Shown in pieces: positions 13,211 through 26,054 of a stretch of 62,555 nt of DNA. The notes beneath the pieces were generated by a model. That model was not told the DNA's origin. It did not search any database and was given only the letters and a program-made list of their open reading frames with translations. Position 1 is the stretch's first letter. Each line of letters opens with the position of its first letter. The position numbers were made by a program, and so were the translations under genes. Origin of the DNA: Octopus bimaculoides (lineage: Eukaryota); contig NC_068986.1 in the NCBI RefSeq assembly GCF_001194135.2, positions 10,527,972 to 10,590,526 on the forward strand, given 5' to 3'.

Positions 13211-14719
13211 TTCTAAATAGATAGCTGGAGAGCTAGGACACCCTCAACCTTCTTGACAATCTTAGAGATGTCTCTGTTTCCATGCAGTGTCACACAGTTG
13301 AACTAAGATCTAATGACAGAAACAAACTAGTTTTGAAGTGACGTCTTAACAGAAATATTGATTCCTCACAATGATGACAGTCATAAATTCAAGCAAAGCA
13401 CTTCTCGGATTCAACCACAAAATTTCATGGCTTTTTTTTTTTTTTCAAGTCAGCTCTGATCGAGCAGACCAATGGTCAAAGGTATTCCAGCCTTGGCCAG
13501 CCAGTCTTTATTTTAGGAGCTGGTAACCCAATGAGGATTGCTCAGCTAGCTACTCACCCAGCCAAAGATACCTTCATTATATGAAGGTTACATTGTCATC
13601 AAGGAATTTTGAGTTAACTCACCGAAGATAACTAAGGTATCTTCGGCCTGCTGGATAACTAGCTGAGTACCTCTCGTTGAGTAATTATTACACCAGATCT
13701 ACTAGCTAGGAAACATATGTAGCCTGGATTTTATCTGCTTCTCTCCCTCAATTTGAATTTATACACACACACACATAGGCACAGTATGGCTGTGTTGTGA
13801 GAAGCTTGCTTCCCAACCACATGGTTCCGGGTTCACTTCCACTGCGTTGGGCAAGTGTCTTCTACTATAGCCTCGGGCCGACCAGAGCCTTGTGAATGAA
13901 TTTGGTAGTCGGAAACTGAAAGAAGCCTGTCGTATATATATATATATATATATATAATAATACAAATAATATATATACATGTATACACTCATATATGTAC
14001 ATACTTACATCTACATGTGTATATATATGCATATCAGGGTACAGNNNNNNNNNNNNNNNNNNNNNNNNNNNNNNNNNNNNNNNNNNNNNNNNNNNNNNNN
14101 NNNNNNNNNNNNNNNNNNNNNNNNNNNNNNNNNNNNNNNNNNNNNNNNNNNNNNNNNNNNNNNNNNNNNNNNNNNNNNNNNNNNNNNNNNNNNNNNNNNN
14201 NNNNNNNNNNNNNNNNNNNNNNNNNNNNNNNNNNNNNNNNNNNNNNNNNNNNNNNNNNNNNNNNNNNNNNNNNNNNNNNNNNNNNNNNNNNNNNNNNNNN
14301 NNNNNNNNNNNNNNNNNNNNNNNNNNNNNNNNNNNNNNNNNNNNNNNNNNNNNNNNNNNNNNNNNNNNNNNNNNNNNNNNNNNNNNNNNNNNNNNNNNNN
14401 NNNNNNNNNNNNNNNNNNNNNNNNNNNNNNNNNNNNNNNNNNNNNNNNNNNNNNNNNNNNNNNNNNNNNNNNNNNNNNNNNNNNNNNNNNNNNNNNNNNN
14501 NNNNNNNNNNNNNNNNNNNNNNNNNNNNNNNNNNNNNNNNNNNNNNNNNNNNNNNNNNNNNNNNNNNNNNNNNNNNNNNNNNNNNNNNNNNNNNNNNNNN
14601 NNNNNNNNNNNNNNNNNNNNNNNNNNNNNNNNNNNNNNNNNNNNNNNNNNNNNNNNNNNNNNNNNNNNNNTGTATGTGTGTGTGTGTGTAATTCTAAATC
14701 TTTGCCGTTTACTCTAGAT

Positions 14720-14987
14720 CAATGCTTTTCAAACTATCTGATGTGGCGTACCAACAGTTTTTTTTTTTTTCCCCAACGTGCCAGGGACCGGCAATATTTC
14801 TTTGTAATATTAATTTATACCAGAAACAATATATATAATGGATATACTAAAAGTTGACAATTTCATTTTTATATTATATTTATTTTGTAAACAAACAATA
14901 CAATGTTACATCAGCATTTTATTAGCATTTTATAATGTTTCTTTCTTTTCGGAAACTCGCCGCGGACCACCACTTTGGGGAGCACTG
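14720..14987. mobile_element. hAT (Charlie-like) MITE
   Basis: Ends CAATGCTTTTCAAAC / TTTGGGGAGCACTG; left flank CTCTAGAT fits the Charlie NTCTAGAN target; right flank matches 5/8. Confidence 0.6.
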
Positions 14988-16214
14988 CTGTAAAACACAC
15001 AGCTCGATTTCCGTGGGCGATATTACAAATGTTTCCTGTTTTCTTTTACACACACACACACACACACGTGGCCGCAATAAGATATAACAAACATTTATTA
15101 CTACCCATTATATGATTTTCATTATGTTTTCCTTCTGTTAGCAGGTCATGGAATACAATGCATTAACCAAACAACGGGAATTTAAAAGTTAAAAATAAAA
15201 TGTGACAAATAAAAAAAAAATATCGTATATATGCATGCGGAAGCTCTCGCATACACTTTTACTCCCCCTATATATCTATTTATCCATCTATCTATCTCTC
15301 TTCCTTTCTGTTTGTGTACGAGAGTGTGTGTGTGTACGAGTGAGTGTGTGTGTGTGTGTGTGTGTACGAGTGAGTGTGTGTGTGTGTGTGTATACGTGTG
15401 CGCCCGAGCGTGTATATATATATATATATATATNNNNNNNNNNNNNNNNNNNNNNNNNNNNNNNNNNNNNNNNNNNNNNNNNNNNNNNNNNNNNNNNNNN
15501 NNNNNNNNNNNNNNNNNNNNNNNNNNNNNNNNNNNNNNNNNNNNNNNNNNNNNNNNNNNNNNNNNNNNNNNNNNNNNNNNNNNNNNNNNNNNNNNNNNNN
15601 NNNNNNNNNNNNNNNNNNNNNNNNNNNNNNNNNNNNNNNNNNNNNNNNNNNNNNNNNNNNNNNNNNNNNNNNNNNNNNNNNNNNNNNNNNNNNNNNNNNN
15701 NNNNNNNNNNNNNNNNNNNNNNNNNNNNNNNNNNNNNNNNNNNNNNNNNNNNNNNNNNNNNNNNNNNNNNNNNNNNNNNNNNNNNNNNNNNNNNNNNNNN
15801 NNNNNNNNNNNNNNNNNNNNNNNNNNNNNNNNNNNNNNNNNNNNNNNNNNNNNNNNNNNNNNNNNNNNNNNNNNNNNNNNNNNNNNNNNNNNNNNNNNNN
15901 NNNNNNNNNNNNNNNNNNNNNNNNNNNNNNNNNNNNNNNNNNNNNNNNNNNNNNNNNNNNNNNNNNNNNNNNNNNNNNNNNNNNNNNNNNNNNNNNNNNN
16001 NNNNNNNNNNNNNNNNNNNNNNNNNNNNNNNNNNNNNNNNNNNNNNNNNNNNNNNNNNNNNNNNNNNNNNNNNNNNNNNNNNNNNNNNNNNNNNNNNNNN
16101 NNNNNNNNNNNNNNNNNNNNNNNNNNNNNNNNNNNNNNNNNNNNNNNNNNNNNNNNNNNNNNNNNNNNNNNNNNNNNNNNNNNNNNNNNNNNNNNNNNNN
16201 NNNNNNNNNNNNNN

Positions 16215-16460
16215 CACTTGTCAATGGGATACAGATAAATCTTTTCAGTTCCGTTTGATGTATCCTTGAATTCAAATTTGGATCAGCCTCTGGTTCGATA
16301 ACTACCAGGCTGTTGCGAGAACAGGACAGGATTTTCTATGGAAGTCTGTCGTGGCCAAGTCTGGCAATATGACCTGTCCAAAGGAGATTTCTCAACATCA
16401 ATAGATAGTGCATGGATTGAAAGCCAGCCTTCTTCAACACTTCAAAGTTTGAGATAGACG
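16215..16460 (-). mobile_element. Degenerate RTE LINE fragment
   Basis: ISNFEVLKKAG...LLWTGHIARLGHDRLP*KIL. Confidence 0.75.
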
Positions 16461-16671
16461 TCTATATATGTATATATATATGTATGTGTGTGTGTGTGTT
16501 TTTTTTTTTATTATGGTAGTTTGACCTTAGAGTCCCTCTTAGCGTAAGGCATTCATGTATAGTAATGCCCTTATATAAATATACATGTGAACATTAATGT
16601 GGTTTTAGAGTCAAGTTTTGGCTGCTATTTCCAGCGTGGTGGTATCTCTTAGATACCCTAAATTATAATTT

Positions 16672-16726
<55 letters not shown>

Positions 16727-17945
16727 AGAATTCACAAAAAAAACCCAAAAGGTGAAGACGGGTGGTGTAGAAAACAAACAGATGTATTAGCTTAACGCTT
16801 GGGAATTGAAAAAGTCTTTAGCGTTTCGAGCCTATGCTCTTCCACAGAAAGGAACGTGAGTGTGTGTTATGCATATACATGTATAAGAAATCTATATTCA
16901 ATGGAGACGCCAATGAATCCTATTGCAGACGGAAGGATTTTAATTATTTACGCTGTCTCGCCAAATATGCCCCATCTTCTGTCTTCAACAACCTTGAAAA
17001 TACATAAGACGGGCAAATGTAATAAAAACGAACGGAGAGAAGAAGAGAGAGGGGCAGAGGAGAGAGAAAATAAAAGGCAGATAAATGTATGAGGGACCGT
17101 GCTTGTATGAGATAGAGAAAGTGGGAGATAGAAAATATAAATAGCAAAAATAAGTGAACGAGAGAGAAAGGAGAGATTTAATCGGATTTCTGTAATCTCT
17201 ATACGATGCTACAATGAAGCTAGATTTCTGGTAACCACTGATAATGTTATTTACATTCAAATTCTTTCATTTTTTTTCTTATTTTTTAATGTTTCGTTCA
17301 GTTCAAGGCAGAAACGTTAGCATGCCGAGCGAAATGCTTAGTGGTATTTTGCACATCTTTACGTTCTGAGTTCAAATTCCACCAAGATTAACTTTGCCTT
17401 TCATCCCCTTTCGAGGCCGATGAAATAAGAACCTGTGTGCCTCTAAGCTAGAGGCACACTTTGAGTGCACATTCAACGTCCAAACTCTATCTACGCATCC
17501 CTACAGAACACTGAAGAGATGGAGGATATCATGGCCTCTTGGCAGAAACGGCCGTAAGGAACTGATCTCTTAAACTTTTAGTCTTTTACTTTTTTATGTA
17601 TTACTAGTACATATTTGTGTAACACACAGCCTTTGCATGTGTATGTATTCTTATAATACTTCCTTATGGTTTAGAATAAATAGACATAATAGAATGTCTA
17701 CCGGCTGACGTATATCATTTTTGTATCCCCAACATTTTCTTTTTTGTCTTATAAATTAAAGGTAAACCACTTTTTACCCCCGCCCATATATGACACTCGA
17801 TTGCGAAATTGCCACGCAATAACCAGCACTTGGGCATTAATAATCAGGTGCACTACCAGTAGTATGTTGGATTGGTACTATCCCTTAGTTGGCAGGCCTC
17901 CCAACCTCTAACTCTCACGGAAATGCGTGTATGTGTTTGTGTGTG

Positions 17946-17992
<47 letters not shown>

Positions 17993-18889
17993 TTATGTAT
18001 ATATGTATATATATATATGTATGTATTATCTACACTAACGTAGTTAGAGTGTGTGCCACACGTGGCGGGCCGCCTCTACGGCCCCCATCCCAACTACGCT
18101 AGTTTGCATGTATGTATATATATATATATATATATGTATAATTAAAAAGTAATGTAATAATACATTACGGAGGTTGTATCATAAACAATTAATAATTATT
18201 AATTAATATATCAATGACCAAACATGTTATCATAAAATACATAAGAATAAGAGTGTTTATAATTTGAACAAGTCACAATTATAACTGATATATATAACTA
18301 TATAATATATAAGTGTATAATATATATAATATATAGTTATATAGTTTTCCTTTCATCCTTTTGGGTCGATAAATTAAGTACCAGATGCATACTAGGTCAA
18401 TCTAATCGACTGGCCCCTCCCCCAAAAATTCGGGCCTTGTACCTAGAGTAGAAAAGTATATATAGTTATATATATGATATATGTAACTATAACTATATAA
18501 TTATACACATTAAGTACAAGACTTGTTCATAATTCTAAACACTCTGCTATATATATGGCACTGAAGATGGCTCTGCATTTAAATTGATGTAATGATTGCA
18601 CTGTTCAATTAAATGGAGTCCCTTGAAACGGTCGTACTGCATCACTATTTGTTATCCTGTTGCTTATTTTGATAATATATGCATACATACACCGTCATAC
18701 TTCAACTTACGTCGTTTCAAGTTATCTTTTTCGATTTTACGTCGTTTTATTAATTTATGAAAGATAGTAATATGAAAAATAAACCTCAACTTCAGTCGAT
18801 TTATCTCACTTTACGTCAATCTTACTGAATATATATAAAATCATAAAAATGTTGCGGTTGTGTGGTAGGAAGTTTGCTTCCCAACCACT

Positions 18890-19270
18890 TCATTATCTCA
18901 TTGTTTGCAGGACGAAGGGCCGCAAGCTGCCATGGGCGGTTTTCTTACGCTGAACTGCAGAAGAGGCTGGAGAAGCTGTGGTGCTCAGAGTTCGCGATAG
19001 AGGGATGTGCTTGAGAGACATATGAACAACTCTAGCATCTCGCCAGATACCTGGAAGGAGAAAGCTCTGCGGCGTAATGAAAGGCACTGATCGTTGAAAC
19101 CCGTAATTCCAGCCATGAAGGAGAAATAACAGAGAAAATACGAAAGAGCACATGAAAGGCACCACTTCTCTGTTGCATCAAGTAAGTCCATCTGCAGCAG
19201 ATGTCATCACTATTACAGATCAAGAACAGGTCTTGTAGCCCACGTGCGAGCCTGCCAGAGATGATTTCTA
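18890..19270 (+). mobile_element. Degenerate RTE-type LINE 3' end with terminal zinc-finger-like motif
   Basis: RDVLERHMNNSSISPDTWKEKALRR...CSRCHHYYRSRTGLVAHVRAC, interrupted by stops. Confidence 0.65.
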
Positions 19271-19640
19271 AAACAGAACGTCGACCTACGACAGACAGCC
19301 GACAGCGAAACAAGAGAAATAAATCCAATGAGATCAAAGTGTTGTCCCTTAGAATGACGAGACATGAAAGATGTAATGTTAGTTACATTCAAGTGGATGT
19401 TTTAGTAACCCAGTCACATGAGCCGTCACATTTAATTTAATCTTTTTTTTTTTCACTTTTTTTCTCTCCTCAATATCTTGACACACAAGATCTGTTAATT
19501 ATAAATTGAGCTGGTTTTCACTTCATAACCATCTTACATTGCAGCTTAATCGCCAATATCATTCATTTAGAATCTACACGAATGATATTGGCGATAATAT
19601 CTATCTATATAAATTTTAGACAGACAGCAGACAGACAGAC

Positions 19641-19704
<64 letters not shown>

Positions 19705-19829
19705 GATGTTCGTGCTAAATTTGACAGTTTGCATTAAAAATAAGAAAACATTATATCCCATCCAAAAAGGAAAAGAAAACATCACATCCCAAAAATTTTT
19801 TAATCCAAAAATATCGACTAGATTATGGT

Positions 19830-20275
19830 TAGGAGATAAGATTCCACCACAATCTCAAAAGGGCTTCGGAAGCTGGCGCATGTGTTCCTTACTGCGTCCC
19901 TGAGAAAATCTTCGAATACCTCCTTGATGTTAGTCACCAGTTCGGCTTCAGTGTTGCGGGCAGATTGGTTGGTGTCATTCTCAACCGCGCGCCACATATA
20001 GTAATGTACGGATTACACTTAGGGGAATTAGGAGACCAGAAATTGAAGCTGATGAAGTCGTAGAAATTCTCCGACAACCATTTCTAATTCTTTCCTGAGG
20101 TATGGCAAGGAGCCGAATCCTGCTGCCACACATATGGCTTTCCGCTCGATCTGTTCAGGTCAATGAGGATCGGTTGAAGGAGCTCCTCCACGATGATCCG
20201 CGCTAATTCACTCGGAAATTGGCCCGAGATATTTTCGTCATATCGGTACCCTCCACCCTTGGTATGGTCCAAAAA
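19830..20275 (-). mobile_element. Tc1/mariner-superfamily transposase relic
   Basis: KPYVWQQDSAPCHTS followed by WLSENF...WSPNSP..NP, i.e. the second and third catalytic-residue regions, frameshifted. Confidence 0.8.
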
Positions 20276-21435
20276 TTCGACACCGCGTGCTTCTTCAACA
20301 CAAAGCTCGCGTTAATTTGGACAAAATGCTATTTAAAAGCTCAGTTAAGAAATTCTACTNNNNNNNNNNNNNNNNNNNNNNNNNNNNNNNNNNNNNNNNN
20401 NNNNNNNNNNNNNNNNNNNNNNNNNNNNNNNNNNNNNNNNNNNNNNNNNNNNNNNNNNNNNNNNNNNNNNNNNNNNNNNNNNNNNNNNNNNNNNNNNNNN
20501 NNNNNNNNNNNNNNNNNNNNNNNNNNNNNNNNNNNNNNNNNNNNNNNNNNNNNNNNNNNNNNNNNNNNNNNNNNNNNNNNNNNNNNNNNNNNNNNNNNNN
20601 NNNNNNNNNNNNNNNNNNNNNNNNNNNNNNNNNNNNNNNNNNNNNNNNNNNNNNNNNNNNNNNNNNNNNNNNNNNNNNNNNNNNNNNNNNNNNNNNNNNN
20701 NNNNNNNNNNNNNNNNNNNNNNNNNNNNNNNNNNNNNNNNNNNNNNNNNNNNNNNNNNNNNNNNNNNNNNNNNNNNNNNNNNNNNNNNNNNNNNNNNNNN
20801 NNNNNNNNNNNNNNNNNNNNNNNNNTTATATTTTAAATAATTTGCAATTTCAGGAAATATGTTTTTATATTAAATTTGTGTTTTCTAATAATTGATAGAT
20901 AGATACATAGTAGATAGATATCAGTAAGTAAGCCAAAGTATCAACTCAAACCAGCAGACAGACAGACAGACGGACACACAGATAGCTCAGCAGGCAAGCA
21001 GGCAGACAGGCCAGCAGCAGGCATGCAGGCAGACAGGCAAGCAGGCTGACAGACCAGCAACAGGCATGCATGCAGACAGGCAGACAGACAGCGACTACTT
21101 TCACTTCTGACATCTAATAGCGTGATAGTGCCAGGACATGATTCCAACAGAAATAATTATTTGGTGGAAAAGGGGGAAAAGAAAGTGTGTGTATGTGGGA
21201 GAGAGAGAGAGAGAAGGAGAGTGTGTGTGAGAAAAAGAGAGAGTCCGAGAATATGAGAGAGAAAAAGAGGTGTCAGTGATAAAAAAGAGAGAGTGAAGAC
21301 GGAATATGTGTGAGAGAGAGAGAGAGAGACAGAGAGGTGTGTTTGTGTGTGTATGAAAGAGAAATAGTGTTTGTGTGTGTATCTATATGTACGTGCATGT
21401 GACTGTACGTGCATGTGACTGCACGTGCAATTTGA

Positions 21436-21469
<34 letters not shown>

Positions 21470-22946
21470 CCTTCGTTATAGCCTATGTGGATTTTTACAA
21501 CTTCTCAAGAATCAAGTGTTTCAGAAAAATATGCAATTTCATCATACAATTTTCCAAATAACCGTGGTATTTCCACCGGTACTGCAAGTCAACAATGGTT
21601 TTATTGAGATTGTATTGACTTCGCCAGGATGAATGGCGGAGTGGATCTTAGTAAAATTTGAACTCATAAATCACAAGTAAAGGACACTATATTACAGCTT
21701 AAACATTCTACTCAGTTTTCTACCGTTTGAATAAAACTAACATAAATAAAATATACAACATTGTTCACAAATTTCTTTACATTTACATAATAATCAAGGA
21801 AGATCGTTGTAACTTGCTTGAAACATTGTTATAAAGAAGTAAAATAACAAAATAATGAAGACAAAGGGCAATCTTCGTAAATATGTTATTTTTCTAATAA
21901 ATAATTGATAATTTTAAAGCAAAAACTACAAAACGAAAAGACATAAATACGAAACTAATGTGATAGAAATATCGTTTAACACCTGTTCTAAGGAGCAGAC
22001 GACATATGTGTCGTCTGCTCTTCACTGAAACCTCCATTCAGACATAAAAAAGGTAAGATGGACACAAACATTTTTCTCTCGTCTTTTTGCACAAATAACT
22101 AAGGTTATTTATTAATTTCAGAAAGATTTCTTTAAATTTCATACAATTGAAGAAACCGAGATGATATAAAACATTATATTTTATGTTTTAAAACATTATT
22201 TCGTTGCGGCGATGATGTTTTTGTTCATAATCGATACACACGATTTTCTCAGTTATTTTAAAAGCTTCATCAAACTTAAGAAAGATAAAAGGCATAATTA
22301 AGCCGATGATATCTTTTACAAAATAATTAAAGAAGCTTAAAAACAAAACATTTTTTGCTTTTTAAGAAAACGAATGGTAGGAAAATTTTTTGTTAGTTTA
22401 ATTTTCTTCATATAATAGTTTTTCTCTGACTACATATATTTGTATAAATCTACAACGAGTTTAGAGTATATGTGTATATATGTGAATATGTAAAAGGTGT
22501 TCAAAAAGTCACAGTGCAGTTGTGTGTGTGTGTATGTGTGTGTGCGTGCGTTTGTATTTGTATATGTATGTATGTGTATATATTTATATCTATATCTTTT
22601 ACTTGTTTTTGGTCATTTAACTATGCCCATCGACCCCAGTACATATTTTTAACGCTCTCTTGTACCAAATTTATATATATNNNNNNNNNNATCAATTACA
22701 TCAACCCCAGCATTCAACTGGTACTTATTTTATCGACCCCAAAGGATGAAAGGCAATGTTGACCCCGGCAGAATTTGAACTCAGGACATGAGGACAGACA
22801 AAATGACTATATGCATTTTGTCTGGCATGCTAACGATTCTGCCAGCTCACTGCATTTTTCTTTTACAAGAATATTAATTTGTTTTTTTGTATCAATTGTT
22901 TTATATTCTATATTCCATTTATTTTCAGGAGACAAGTGAAGTAAAA

Positions 22947-23108
22947 ATGTGGGCAGGACGATTTAATGATATGATTCCACAAAACAATATGAAAAATACA
23001 AGTTTTCAACAAAAAAATAGGAATTATCACCAAAATGACTTGGCTGTGAAGGAAATGAAACAACCCTTATCAGTGATCCAGAGTTTACAGCCAGGTTTTA
23101 CTACAAAT
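22947..23108 (+). CDS. MEIOB: MEIOB coding exon 1 (MWAGRFND...SLQPGFTTN)
   Basis: Acceptor TTTTCAG ending 22928, ATG at 22947, donor GTAAAC at 23109 (phase 0); VIQSLQPGFTTN aligns with MEIOB TLSDLQTNMAN. Start codon and donor are less certain than for internal exons. Confidence 0.75.
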
Positions 23109-23459
23109 GTAAACATAGGTTTATCAGCATTAACAGCAGTGGTTTTTTTACCCTTTTTTGCCTATGAACCCCTTTCATTCCTATTTTACTCTACTGGGTC
23201 CCCCATAGCCATTCGATGGATATTAAAAAAATCCCACTCTGTTTTTATGATTAAATGTTATTAAGAACTATTCTTTTACTCTTTTACTTGTTTCAGTCAT
23301 TTGACTGCAGCCGTGCTGGAGCACCACCTTTAGTCGAACAAATCAACCCCAGGACTTATTCTTTGTACTTATTCTATCAGTCTCTATTGCCAAACTGCTA
23401 AGTTACGGGGATGTGAACACACCAACATTGGTTATCAAGCGATGGTGGGAGGACAAACA

Positions 23460-23540
<81 letters not shown>

Positions 23541-24999
23541 ACACACATATATGATGGGCTTCTTTCAGTTTCTGTCTACCAATTCCACACACAAGGCTTT
23601 GGTTAGCCTAAGGCTATAGAAGAAGACACTTGCCCAAGGTGCCATGCAGTGGGACTGAACCCAGAACCATGTGGTTGGAAAGCAAGCTTCTTACCTCATT
23701 GCATAAGAAAATTTTAATATTTTGTGTATTTTAGAAACATAAGCAATTTATTGCCGATAAATTTTAACAACAAAATTTTATATGGACCCCAGTTGACCCT
23801 AGTTGGGCACAGTAAAAGGAAATTTAGAAATGTGGGAAGGAAGTTTAAAAATCAGGTAGCTCTTTAAAAATGTTTCTAATATTCATTGTAAACTTCTCAA
23901 GTTTGAAAAAAATTTTATCCTATAGTAAAAGTGTATGTATATATAAAATCTATCTGACTATTTATCTATATATGTGTATGTACGTGTAAATTCTTTTGCA
24001 GCCTTCACAAAGGTAGGAGCTATAATTTTTATTCACCGCCCACTTTCACCTTGCTTGTTTTCAGTGAGCTTTCTGTGGCTTCAGAGTTCATCTGACTTCT
24101 ATTTCTTGCAAAGCTGGTACTTTTTAGTACCACAATGTTTTTAAACTTGCCTGTACAGTCCATGCTGTGGATTGCCACTAATCTTATTATTTATTATTAA
24201 TAATAATATCTTTATATATTTTACGCTCTCGGAGTGGTTGGCATTAGGAAGGGCATCCAGCTGTAGAAACATTGCCAGATCAGATTGGAGTCTGGTGCAG
24301 CCATTGGCTCTCCAGACCTCAGTCAAACCGTCCAACCCATACCAGCATGGAAAGTGGACGTTAAATGATGATATATATATATATATATANNNNNNNNNNN
24401 NNNNNNNNNNNNNNNNNNNNNNNNNNNNNNNNNNNNNNNNNNNNNNNNNNNNNNNNNNNNNNNNNNNNNNNNNNNNNNNNNNNNNNNNNNNNNNNNNNNN
24501 NNNNNNNNNNNNNNNNNNNNNNNNNNNNNNNNNNNNNNNNNNNNNNNNNNNNNNNNNNNNNNNNNNNNNNNNNNNNNNNNNNNNNNNNNNNNNNNNNNNN
24601 NNNNNNNNNNNNNNNNNNNNNNNNNNNNNNNNNNNNNNNNNNNNNNNNNNNNNNNNNNNNNNNNNNNNNNNNNNNNNNNNNNNNNNNNNNNNNNNNNNNN
24701 NNNNNNNNNNNNNNNNNNNNNNNNNNNNNNNNNNNNNNNNNNNNNNNNNNNNNNNNNNNNNNNNNNNNNNNNNNNNNNNNNNNNNNNNNNNNNNNNNNNN
24801 NNNNNNNNNNNNNNNNNNNNNNNNNNNNNNNNNNNNNNNNNNNNNNNNNNNNNNNNNNNNNNNNNNNNNNNNNNNNNNNNNNNNNNNNNNNNCATATATA
24901 TATATATTTCTATGCATATATTCAATCTTCACTCCTTCTTTAACACTTTCAAATGCTGTTTCCTACATGACAGAGAAATACAAAGCTAATAAGAGCAGT

Positions 25000-25520
25000 G
25001 CAAGAACACAGCCTTGTTTTGTCCTATCTGAGACCATGGATGAATCAGAAACTTCACTGCCAAATCTAACAGAAGCAACTCCTCTTTGGCCAATTCCTAA
25101 TTGAAAGATCAGTTGGAAGGCCACTCTTGTGCTTCAAAGACAAACTAAAAGATAATCTGAAGTGATGCAATATTCCCTTTGCTTCCTGGGAAAGGAAAGC
25201 AGCAGAATGCAAGACCTAGCACCAGTCCTGCTTCTCTTCACTTCAAACATTTGAGCAAAGTTGAGTCCAGCATTAGGACCAACTCAGTGGAAGCATGAAG
25301 GCATGCTGGCAAAACATCAGTCCTCAAAATGGAAACCTTGCCTGTTGTTGTGTTTTTGTGGCACAGGGCAAAGCAGGCCCTGCTGTCCACTCAAGAAAAC
25401 ACATAGTAAATGATCCACAAGCACTCAAGCAAGTTCTGTCCACAACTTGTTCCATTTGCCAAAAGGCTTGCAAGGCACCAGCAGGCCTCAAGAGACACGT
25501 GCATGTCCATAGAACATAAT
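25000..25520 (+). mobile_element. Degenerate RTE-type LINE 3' end
   Basis: QLLFGQF...RSVGRPLLCFKDKLKDNLK*CNIP..WE and terminal CSICQKACKAPAGLKRHVHVH. Confidence 0.75.
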
Positions 25521-25675
25521 TACGGCTTTCATTTACTGAACCCTCATTTGTTATTTGTCACAAGAGAATCCATCACACACACACATATATATATACATAG
25601 AGAGCGTGCAAGAGAAACAGAAAGAGAGAGAGAGACTTGTTTGTGCGTGTGCATGCATATGTATATATAATAAAA

Positions 25676-25716
25676 ATAATGATAATAATAATAATAATAA
25701 TAACAACAACAACAAC

Positions 25717-25747
<31 letters not shown>

Positions 25748-25870
25748 GTTATTATTATAATAATAATAATGATGATAACAATAATAATAATAATAACAAT
25801 AATAATAATACTAATTATTATTATTATTATTATTACTATTATTATTATTATTATGTTGTTGTTGTTATTG
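25676..25870. repeat. Compound (AAT)n/(AAC)n/(TAT)n microsatellite
   Basis: Directly visible; source of poly-N/Y/I pseudo-ORFs. Confidence 0.95.
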
Positions 25871-25931
25871 TTTTTTTTTTCTTCTTTCTTCAAATTTTCT
25901 TCCATTTCTTGCCGAGTGTTTTCCGTACACC

Positions 25932-25973
<42 letters not shown>

Positions 25974-25999
25974 TACATGTAAATGTATTTCTTGAACAG

Positions 26000-26054
26000 C
26001 TTATTGGAGTTGTCCTGAAAAAGGAATCACCAAGGTGTGTTATAAGCAAAAAGA
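26000..26054 (+). CDS. MEIOB: MEIOB coding exon 2 (LIGVVLKKESPRCVISKK)
   Basis: AG/GTGAGT, 55 nt, phase 0 to 1; matches KVIGIVIGKTDVKGFPDRK. Confidence 0.88.
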
